Shown: positions 1 to 11,200 of the stretch, piece by piece
How the letters are laid out: every line of letters begins with the position of its first letter
Numbering within the stretch: position 1 is the stretch's first letter
Assembly: GCA_040954595.2 (NCBI GenBank)
Contig: CM082591.2
Span: 7,554,047-7,618,046 of the forward strand
Direction: 5' to 3'
Length of the DNA: 64,000 bases
Source: Balanoglossus misakiensis
Taxonomy: Eukaryota; Animalia; Hemichordata
The notes under the pieces: generated by a model
Told to the model about the DNA's origin: nothing
The model's input: only the letters and a program-made list of their open reading frames with translations
The model's database searches: none
Made by a program: the position numbers and the translations under genes

Positions 1-2
1 CA

Positions 3-2511
3 AAAGATGTGAAACCAACAGCTGTGCAACCTGAGATGAAATCAGAAGAAACAGGAGCAGAGAAAGCCAGTCATCCACAACCAGAGACAATGGGAACATA
101 AGACATTGAGGATGTGGCCAAGATGACGGAAGGAGATGGAACTAAGACTGAGAAAACCAAAGAGAAAGAACTTAAGACAAAAGAAAAAGGTACACCAAAC
201 CTGTCAATAAGAAGCTTAGAAAGTTGGAACTATATTTACATTCAAATCTAATGTTGGAAAGAGCAGTATTCTTGACAGAGAAAAAAAAGACAAATGAGAA
301 AGTTAATATTCAATGTTTGCCAAATGTGTAAAGAATGAATTTACAACACTATATTTTCATTGTTTGATCACTTTCTTTTGCAGAAGAAAAGCCATCCGAA
401 GGTGTCATCAGCAAGATAAGGAGATTTTTTGGTGGAAGTAAAGAAACTACTGGTGATTCAGGGACTACAGGAAGTAAAGAGATATCTGAGGATACAAAGG
501 GAGCCAGTGTTTCAGCAAAACCTTCTAAAACAGGTATGTGCATTTCATCTAAGTGTTGGAAAATAACAGTTAAATACAGGTGTTGATAATAAGGGACCAG
601 TTGATTCAAAACTTCAAGTAAATATTGAATCATTGGTTGCCAGAAAGCAGACCATCTCTGGTTGGCTGGAAAAAGAAACAAAACCTATATCACAACAACA
701 TTACTGATAGTACATATAGTTAGAAATATTTTCTTTATATTGCAAAGCAATATAAATAGTTTCAGAAATTGATGTTTGTCTGGTTGCCCTGGTTTCTTAG
801 CACTGAAAAACTACAAGTATAAGGTAGGCAATGATCTTTGAGACATTGTTCAAGAATTGTTATGTAAGAACTACTAATTCCAAAATTACAAGCAAAGATT
901 ATTCCTGTACTGATCTGTTAAGATGTGTTACCATGACAACAATGCCTGTCACTAAATCCATTGAGCAGTTGAATAGGAACATTTTTCAGTTCTTACAAAG
1001 ACTCTAAATAAAGTGATAATTTCAGGTAATATTTCTGTTACTCATTATAAAAAATAGAATTAGCAACTGATATTGATGTTTTGTCCAGTTTCCATGGTTA
1101 CTTGGTATTGGAAAATGTGTACATATAGAGTACTTTGGTAGATATATATCATGGCAATAACTCACTAAATGTGTATAAAAAAGGTTAAAAGTAATAATTA
1201 AAACACTAACTTTAGCACATTGCCAATGTTTTACAAAACACATAGAGGTTCAGTTGTCATAGTTACCAGTGAATAATGAAAAAAACATCGTATTTTTTCC
1301 TGAAAATAATGGACCAAATAATTATCCCTGAAATTCATTTCAAGAATTTTTATGAAATGTCTACAAGGTCAAAAGTTACAAGTAAAAGATTATTTTTTGA
1401 ACTGATTTCTTTGAATGTGTTACCATGGCAACGTCAATGTTAGTTTATCTATTGAATGGTTAAATAAAAAAGTCGTCCATGTATTTTATAATAAGCTGTC
1501 AAAAAGAGACAAAGTAAATTTCCTCCAAGCTATATTGCAGAGAAAAAGAAATAGTTCAAGAAACTGATGGTAACTCTGGTTGCAACTGCCCTTTAGTAGT
1601 TCACGCAATGACTCTTTTCTTTTGTAAAATGTTTTCTCTTGTTAAAATAAACAATAAAAAGTAGGTTTGACCTTTGACCTCTGTTTCACCTAATAGGTCA
1701 CTGGTCAGTGAGGACATTGGATGACCAAAGTCCAAAGCCAGGGCGAAAGTTTAAAGACCCAGGACGTATGGTGTTCCATGGTGACAAACTGGTGGTGTGT
1801 GACCGAGGCAACAGGGTTGTACAGATACTGAATCAAGATTACTCCTGTGACAAAGTCTTGGGAAGTTTTGATGGTCAGTTTGCACAGCCATTCCAGCCAC
1901 GGGATGTAGCTGTCTCCCATGACAACATCTACTTCATAAGTGATGGCGGAAATTCTCAAATTGTTGTTTGTGATCAAAACAATAAAATTCTTAGAATAAT
2001 TACTCTACCTGCAGGCGTCGATGTCTGGGGCATCGCTCTACTGAATGGATTTGTTTTGGTCACTGAGGTCAAAGGTCATCGGCTACTCAAGTACACCCAA
2101 GATGGTCAGTATGTTGCAGAGGTAGTATATGGTGATGGCCAAACACTACTCCGTTACCCATTCTCTGTGGTGGTCAACAGTAAGAATGTCATCATGGTGT
2201 CTGACAGTGGCAATCACTGCATCAAGTGTTTTAATGCTGAATTGAAATTCTGGTATCAATCTGGTGTGGAAGGTTCAGGTCCTGGTCAGCTGAGGTATCC
2301 ACGCAGCATTGACGTCGATGACGATGATAATTTGTTTGTGTGTGATTGGGGGAATGCTAGGATTGTGAAATGGAGATTTGATGGAGAGTGGATCTGTCAC
2401 TTATTTGAAGGGGAGGTGACATGGCCTGAGTTCCTTGCAGTCAGCGGTGACAGAATTGCTGTTGGAGAGTATGAAAGCGACCAAATCAAAGTATTCCACA
2501 AGCAGACATAA
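3..2511 (+). CDS. 3' part of an NHL-repeat (six-bladed beta-propeller, TRIM-NHL/Brat-like) protein gene, copy A; 5' end lies outside the window; possible pseudogene or nonsense allele
   Basis: Phase-compatible exons <1..189, 384..533 and 1697..2511 with GT-AG boundaries. The first two exons encode a low-complexity E/K/T-rich linker. The last exon has repeated NHL motifs (P-x-x-V/I-A/D-V ... V-x-D-x-x-N-x-R/C-I/V). There is an in-frame TAA at 99-101 in the first visible exon. Confidence 0.85.
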
Positions 2512-3425
2512 ACATCACCATGAAATACATGTCCACACGACATCAAAAACAGTGAAATTTGGGAGAAAATATCGAGGCCACGTCAATAAATTTACGATTG
2601 ATCGCATGTCATGGCAACAAAGTTCAAACTGAACCAATTAATTGTAGGTGCAGTCGCTACATGTACTGAGTGTAGGCAAAATAAACTGAGAGTGTTTTGA
2701 GTAATTTTTGCAGTTTATTTTGAAGAATTTTGAGACAAGACTGTTTGAAACTGAATGCATTCCGTCAACTCAAGGCATGTAAACAATCAAAAATTGGGTT
2801 CTTTTTTCCACATTTACAAAGAACATTTTGGAAAAATAATATTTCAGTCTACAGTTGCTTCATATAACAAGTATAAATAATCAAAATCTGAGTCGTTTTG
2901 GAATATTTTTACTCGTTTTTTTCATGAATTTTGACATGGAGGGGTCTTAAAGTTATGATGTGCAGTCCATTTTCCATCAGATCTCCATTGCACCCGAAAG
3001 GATGAAGGCGTTTCATCAATTTATGTGTGCAAAATAATTATAAAAACTTACCTGTATATCGCTAGATATATATTGTATTGTAATTTGTACATATTTCCAT
3101 TCGATAGTCCAAAATTGTTGTTATTTCAGATATATGCACAAAGGATGTGAACAGCGAAGTTTTACCGCCATGATTTGCATATCCACTTTCGATTAATGGT
3201 GTAGAGGGCGCACTTACAGCTCGATGAGACTAGCGTGAAAGAGTGACTTTGCAGTTCTATGTTATTCAGATATGTACAGAAAGCTTTTTTGTTGTTGTTG
3301 TTTTGTTTATTTCAAGGAGTACAATTTAGCTGCCTGGCTGACAAGCGTTAATACAGCCATCTGATTCAGAGGCAGCAACTGAAATACTGAAGCCAGGGGG
3401 CGCTATGACCATTTTTGCTATCAGG
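643..3425. repeat. Left arm of a ~2.8 kb inverted segmental duplication (partner ~60430..63234)
   Basis: The last intron, NHL exon and 3' flank match the reverse complement of 60430..63234. Example: aaagcagaccatctctggttggctggaaaaagaaacaaaa near 643 vs its reverse complement near 63195-63234. Similarity becomes patchy beyond about 3180. Confidence 0.93.
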
Positions 3426-4814
3426 CCTATGACCCTGGCTGCATGAGGGCGCTGTCCTTTTGCCAGATAGAAATACCTTGGCAAGCAAAGATTGCGCAGT
3501 TTTATGATACTCTAGCGTGCTTTCTTTTTTTGTCTTCAGTCGATATTTTTGTAACCAACATGTACATTGTCATCAGTAATTGTTTACCGTGTTATTTTTA
3601 GTTTTTATTGTAAATATCACATTCTGTTTGTATTTAGTTTATTTGTTTGTTTGAATTGTTTGAATGTTACAATACATGTACATACATGCACATGCATACT
3701 TATACATACCGGGGTACATGTAAATACATACTTGCATGTGTGTGTGATGTGTGCAGGATATACTTCCCCATGTTTTGAGTGTGAATGGAAGACATCCCTA
3801 TGAATATAGGTATGTGAAGGACTCCCCCTGCAGGCTAATAGCCATAGTCTACAAATGAGAGTCATCTCTTCTCCAATAGTGCTACATCAAGGGAAACCCC
3901 TGTAAAAATGACTGGGGAAAATCAGTAACATTCACCAGGGTACCGTCATTAAACATTTGCATTCATTTCTGATGATGATCAAGTATCCCTCCACTGTACT
4001 ACCAATATGTTGTTGATTCTGGAAAATTTGTCGATGGACTGGCCAAAATTTTTTGGATGAAACCATGCACTCAAATGCACTGACATGATTAGCCAATGAA
4101 CATACAACCTAAAAGTTAAGGAATAAACAACAGACAATAATAGTAGGTAGATAGTGTAGTTTTATTGATATACAAACACTAGTATAAAAAATGCACAACT
4201 TTACACTGTTACACACAAGAAAATTGTCATTTCATACAATTTTGGGGAATATTTCATTGTATTGGCCCTTTTGAATATATATTAAGATAATGTTTTATTG
4301 AGTCTCTTTATAAATGTACTACAACAAATAATGTCTTATATAGAAGTCTTAAAGGCTCTGTTAAAATGCATGATTGCTTGAGGAATTAAAGAATTTGAAT
4401 AATGATTGGTTAGAGTAGTTGGTAATCTCAATCTGCTTGCTTCTGTCAATATGTACATTATCAAACTCCTGTCAAAGTGTGTGTGGATTATTTGTCTGTT
4501 GGAATACAGACCATCGTTTCTGCCTTCTTGATCTTTTTATTTTAATTTCCCTTTTTTCATGTTATGGAAAGTGCCCACCAACGAAAGAGTGATTGAAAAC
4601 ACTAATTATCATAGCTCCGTAAAAAGTCGAGAGTATATCATGACTGACATCACAGCGAGGAATTTAGTTTGATATGAAAAACTGTTCCTTTTTTGACTGC
4701 TTGAAAGTGAAACATTCTGAAAAACTTAACTGTACTCAATCTCTACTATGCCTGTTTGTTGTAGACAGACAAGATTCATTGAAACATTCAGTAAAACAAT
4801 CTATGGTCTCTACC

Positions 4815-5154
4815 CAATCTCATTAAATCAGACGTAGGGTACGGCAATGATCTTTTACTTATATGGTGCGGTACTCTTGTGCTGTCGCCTCACACTACAT
4901 CTGACCAACTCCCACAGAAGCTCCCATTCAACCTCCTGTTGCTGCTAGGCCAATCAGATCTACACTGAAGGATGCCTATCGTTCTCTATAAGGTGCCTTC
5001 TGATTGGTTTACTGGCCCAGTAAAGCCTGAGATTTTCAACAGGAGCTTCTATGGGAGTTGGTCAGATGTATAAGTGTGAGGAGACAGCATAAGAAAACCG
5101 TACAGCAAAAGTAAAAGACGTCGCCAGACCCTACATCTGATTTTAATCAGATTG
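4815..5154. mobile_element. Foldback MITE, largely self-complementary, 8-9 bp TSD (hAT- or Mutator-like), in the oxygenase 3' region
   Basis: Termini caatctcattaaatcagacgtaggg / ccctacatctgattttaatcagattg. Internal IR catctgaccaactccca / tgggagttggtcagatg. Flanking direct repeat tctctacc. Confidence 0.65.
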
Positions 5155-5265
5155 TTCTCTACCCATATTCAATGATTTCAAATTGTAATTATTTAATTCT
5201 TGACGAATCAAAGGAATAATTTCGGTAACCAACATTATATGACCATCTTTTACTGCTGTTCAACT

Positions 5266-8200
5266 TCAGGTCTTCATATCGTCAATCCACAGTCCATGCA
5301 TACCGAATGTTAAGGGAAACGTCGTTTCTGCACGGGCAATTTCTTTAAATGTTTTAGCGTCCAAAATCAGTAAGTACGAGGGCAGGCTTTTGTAAAGACT
5401 CATCATGTTTGCCAAAACTACACCTGGAAAAGGGAAAGAAAAAAAGATGGATTCTGTTATTTAATGATTCCACAAAAAGGAAGAAATTTTAAGACACAAG
5501 GAAAGGTTATGCACGAAAGACAAAAGTCATAACTTGTAACCACTTTTAGTATTTTGGATCCCCATACTTCCCTTAACCCTTTCACCCCCAATTCCGTCTA
5601 TAGAGGTCCAACTTTATCATAGAAAACAATGGGTTTGGACTGAACCATGGTGGTGAAAGGGTTAATCCCTTGCTTTCAAAAGAGTGGACAGACCTACAAT
5701 GCAATGAGGTGCAATTATTGCTATAAATCAAGGGTTGTTAAACAAATTTCATGAAACTTGCTGGAAATAGTGGACCTTTAAAGGGGGAACTGGGGGTTAA
5801 AGGTATACAGTCACCTATTGAAAAAAAGTGAGATCTAGCCAATCACAGATTTTCAGTCGGTGGCACACACGAAAAAGAGAACGTCACCGTATGTTCTTTA
5901 GAAAGCTCAAATACGCCATTTCAGCCATATCTGGGCGTATGTAAATTGGAGGTGAATGTACCAGGTATACTGTAAAACACTTTATTTTCGCGAGCAATTA
6001 ATTTTCGCCAAATACGCGAGAGCCAAAATATGGAGAAAATAAAAAGTCACATAAATTGTTTTTGAAGATAACGATGCAGTGAATGAAATAAGAGAACACG
6101 AAAATTAATACTCGCGAAACAGTGGCCTCTCTTGATATCACGAAAAATTTAACTCGTGAAAATAAAGTGTTTTACAGTACTTTTAAAGGGTAAAGGCCAA
6201 GGTTGCAAAAAATATATTTAGCATTTACCTTCATCTTCATCAGCTGCATCTGGGTTAGGAGCAAAAACAGCTTCGCTTGGATGATAGTTTCTGTCCTTCC
6301 ATTCTTTGTGTGTTTTTGTCAACAGATCAATCTTGATTAACTGCAGAAAGTGGAATAAAAATAATCAGTGGAAGAACATGGGGCTTAAGCCTTCCACCAT
6401 CATGGTTTGGTCCAAATCCATTGTTTTCTATGGTAAGTTTGGACCTCTAAAGAGGGAACTGGGGGTGAAAGTGTTAAAGGCCACTGGAGTCCTTTGGACA
6501 AATATGTACGGCAATCTTAAATTTGTTTGCAAATAAGTAAAAGGCTACTGCAGAATGTTCTACATGTTTGTTTCAGTGGCTAAAGGCTCTTGCACTATTC
6601 ACATGAAACAAAAAGTGAGACTTAAATTGTCATCATGCACTTACAAACATAGGTCCTTGAAAACATTACACAGAGCTGCCTAGAAGAAATGATTATCCCA
6701 ATTATACTGTAGCTCGCAATACTGCAATTACATAATCAGTACTAAATTTCCTGCTGATCACAAGTCTCAAATTCCATTCTAACAACCATCAATGCACTCA
6801 CCGAATCAGCTGTATCACTTACTCCATACGTGTATCTGTATTTCTTGCCATTGTATTTCTTGTAATATATCACCGGTAATTCAATACCTAACAATGGATG
6901 GAAAACACATACAATTACCAGGAAATCAGTTTGACGACACGAATTCGGTGAAGTAATTTCAGAAATATAGCACTAATTAGGAAAGTTCATAAAATATGCA
7001 AATGAGCAGTCTATTGATTGAAAAACTGTTCACAAAATAGGGCATATTTTATCACTCAGATAACTGTACACAATCCAGTATCTAATTTCCCTGAATAAAT
7101 CCCTGTGGTCTAACTACAACTGTACCAAATAAATGACATTTTAAGCCAATTGCTTCATAAACACCTTTATCGGACATCTTGTCACCTGTCACCTTAATGC
7201 GACCATCGGCCATCTTTACAGCAGTTGCATTAGTGTTCTCCAAAGAGACCAAATTTTCCCCAACTGGTGCATCCTGACACAAGACAAAATGCAGTACATG
7301 TATCAATGTCTTCTTTTAATTGAAAATATAGCTTTCAAGCATCATGTTTTGGCACTTTTTTGTGTTTTCAGTTAAACAATGTCATTATTGTAGTCCCAAA
7401 CAGATGTATGACTATTTATTATAATTCTTAAGTATACATGGCAAAACATTTTGGAGATCCTCCCAAAGTGGCCGTCAACGCATGGTTTCATAGAAATTAT
7501 AAGTGTCAGAAAGTAAATCATAATATATTTGGTCAGGAGCCTGGGTTTATATTCTTGACTAGAAAATGTGGACCTGTCATGAACAGTGAATAATTATACA
7601 AATAACCGAAACAGAACATGCATTACTGACAATATTTCCCATACTATCAACTCATATACACATTATCTCAAGTGCTCTAATTATTCAGTGAAAATAAATA
7701 ATTCTACAGTAATATGGAAATTTACCTGATCTATATTGAGGGGAAATACAAATCGCCTGACTTCAATTGGAATATGTCCATCGATGGTCTTTCTCAGATA
7801 AGGAAATGACATTGATTCAATTATTTCAATGTCATTGTGAGCACAAACATCCAGGACAATATGGCCGCCGTCTTCATAAGCATTGATATGGTGGAAGCAG
7901 AAGAAGGCATCACTGAAGAACTTGAGATCGACCGGTCGGCCCGTTCGCTCTTGTGCATAAATATGGAATATCGCATCGCACTGCGGGTGATATTCCAAGG
8001 TGTTGCGCAGGGCGCTGCCTGTCAATTTAGCCGTGGCTAACTTCATGACATTCAGATATAACGGCTGCTCCAGGAAGACGACATAGTTGTCAGTGATGGA
8101 GAAGCTGTGATAGTATGATGGATACAGTCGATATTGAATTGGAATGGATGCCAGGATTGTGGCATTCTGCATGGCTTCCTCTCCTGTGAAGAAAATTATA

Positions 8201-11200
8201 TATACCTGTTTATAATATTACTACACACACAACATACATATCAGCATATGAATACGGATTGAGGTATGCTACCTTTCAAATTTATGTCCTGCTATCCGTG
8301 AATTTTTTTTTTCATTTTGCCTAAGTACCTTCTTTGCAAAGAAAATATAGAAAAACAATATAGGGTGACGGTCCCAACGCAAATGTTTTCATAAAATGGT
8401 GACAAAAACACCTAAAATGAACGAAAATAGGCATTTTTGACAATTGGGTGTTTCCTACTAAAATCAAACTAATTTGTTTATGTTCTCACCTGTGCTTGCA
8501 GCTGCAAATTTGATAATATTATAATTAGATGTTCTTCCAAAGGAACTTCCAATGTTAAGCACACTACCATCTTCCAGTCTATGTGGATGTGATGTCGCAG
8601 TGTTGACAGCAATGTAGTTCATGTAGTCATCCTATGGAGAAGAAAGGTTGTCTTTATTGAAATAACATATGGCTGTGAGCCCATAGTGGATTGAAAGTAC
8701 CTCTACTACACAATGTGCAAGCAAACATTTTTGTTGTTATTTGAATATTTGGAAAATAATTAGCATAATGGGCAACACCCGTGCCACTGCACCGGCCAAT
8801 CGGTGCCAAACTTAATGCAAATGACCAAAGAAAATTTTTGCCAATGAAATTGTATCTTACCCTTTTTCCAGTTTCAAGATCTTTCGGATCAGCTTTCCTT
8901 ATATGGGTTGATTCCGTACACACATAGTATTCATCTCCAAGCTGTATCCAGCTTATGTTACAGTTGTCTTCAAGCAGAGGCGGCACAAAATATGAGAAAA
9001 GTCTCTTGAAAATATTCTTGCAAGGATCGGGATGTGCCAGCGTGCCAAATTCACTACAAATGATTCTATTAGCCGCCATGTTCTTTTTATAGACATCACT
9101 CTGAAGAAATTTGCTTTGGTAGCTGATTTTGCCATCAGCGATGTCGAACCGATGAAGAAGAGCCATGCCATCAAAGACGTGATTATATGAGTCGTTGCCA
9201 ATTTCAAACAATCCAGGCCCATTTCGTAAGAAACTGCCATTTAACCATTTTGGTACATCACCTGTAAGATTAAAACATGGAATTTCAATGACCCATATTT
9301 ACCATATTTTTTACATAATCACACATAAATTAAGAGAACGGCTGCTGTCTTCATTGCACTCTCCCCGATCCCTATATATGGAAGTGCTCATTAATATTCA
9401 TATAGGGTCAAAGGTGCTGAAAGTTTACTGAAGTGACCAATCAGATGCTGCGCGACGTTTGTGCACTGTTTCTGCTCCGTCTTTCTGATCTGATTGCTGA
9501 TATTCAGGAAAGCGGTTTTCATTGTCATTTTATTGTCTTTGATCAAGCCCTCGTTGGCAATTTTAGATAAATGTTAGCTGTCAATAACAAGCGAAGTTTT
9601 CACACACGGAGCGGCACCCGACCTTCTGTGTCGATACACGTGTAGTAGTCTAGATCAACGTCATTGACATGAAGTAAAACTGTGTACGATCGATTTATAC
9701 AAGATGAACGCATGTACAACGGAGGAGACACGGAAAAGCTTGTACTTCATAAAATTCTCGTCGATATTTTACATTGGTTTATATAGTTCGTCAATTGGGT
9801 TTATTCAGTGTGATGTCGACATCATTGACACTTGATCGATCAGTATCTGGTGTTACGATCTGTATAAAGGTCAAATACGATTTCAAGGGTTAATTAAGCC
9901 AGAGCTCGGGAATGTCAATGTTTGATAGTATTTGATTTTATGTATTTGAAGTAGATAGGGAGAGCGGGTGTTTAACTGACTGCTCTGATTCTCAATCATC
10001 ACCGAACTGACTTTGTTATATAACACTTTATGTAAATTGGTACGTATAGAGTTGACTGATGCCCAATGAAATTGTAACACATTGTATTTGTGATATTTTA
10101 CATTATTAACCACGCCTTGAGAAAAGTAATTATAAGAGAACTTTGTTTCCAAAGAACCACGCCTTGAGAAAAGTAATTATAAGAGAACTTTGTTTCCAAA
10201 GTTGAAAAAAAAAAAAAGAAATAATCTAACGGGAGATGGGAGTACCTCAGGCTACTGAGCTCGTTCCCTTCCTCATGTACTTTACTGGGCGTATTTGATG
10301 TACTATATAATTCCGGACAATAAATGAACGTGAATCAGATACGAGTCTCCGTGGATCACTGTTCTCGTCAGAGCCCGATACCTCATCGCTACAGATTCCC
10401 CGATGCATGAACAATCATGAGAAACCAGCCGTAATACATGGTGGAGATACGTGGGTAGACGAAACAAATCCATCGGAGACAGAAACGGCGACGTCCAGCG
10501 GAAAGATTACAGCATGGATCGCGAGATGCTAAACGACATGAACAGTCAAATATCGGAAATACGACAGGTTACACTCAGAGCTGGAGGTCAGGTAGGCCCA
10601 GGTTTCTTTTCGGGTACAGAGACTGAGAATGCACACCGATGGTGGAAAAGATATATAGACTTTGCTGACTTTAAGCAATGGTCACACGAGAAACGGCTTA
10701 AAGGAATCGGACTATATTTGACTGGTAAAGCGGAGCGATGGTTCTACAGACTGTCTGCAGAAAAGAAAAACGACTTGACGACACTGCAAAATGTCTTCCT
10801 CGCTTGTTTTGATAAGTGCGGTCCGATGTGGCTGTATGACGAGAAACTGTTTCGCCTGAAGCAACTGCCGGACCAGACTGTTGAACAATATGCGGAATTA
10901 ATATGCGAAAAAGCAGAAAAAGCGAAAAAGACTGATGAGGAAATACTATCTTTCTTCATGAACGGACTGAGACCGGACATACTAAAGTTCGTAGCGGGAA
11001 TGTCACCTGAGGACTTCGAAACAGCGTACAAACATGCTCGAACAGCAGAGGTCGTGGCAGGATTACCAGAGACAGACGAGCCAGAAGCGGGTCTTTTACA
11101 ACAAATCTCGACACGGACTGACGAGATGAAACAAGAAGATCAAGAAGTGAAGACCAAATCAAGCGCGGCAGATCATCGAGGACGATCGACAAAAAGAGAG

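Noticed and set aside
9883-10152. Identical 89-aa ORFs at 9883 and 13431
   Set aside because: They are incidental antisense frames within the two LTRs.
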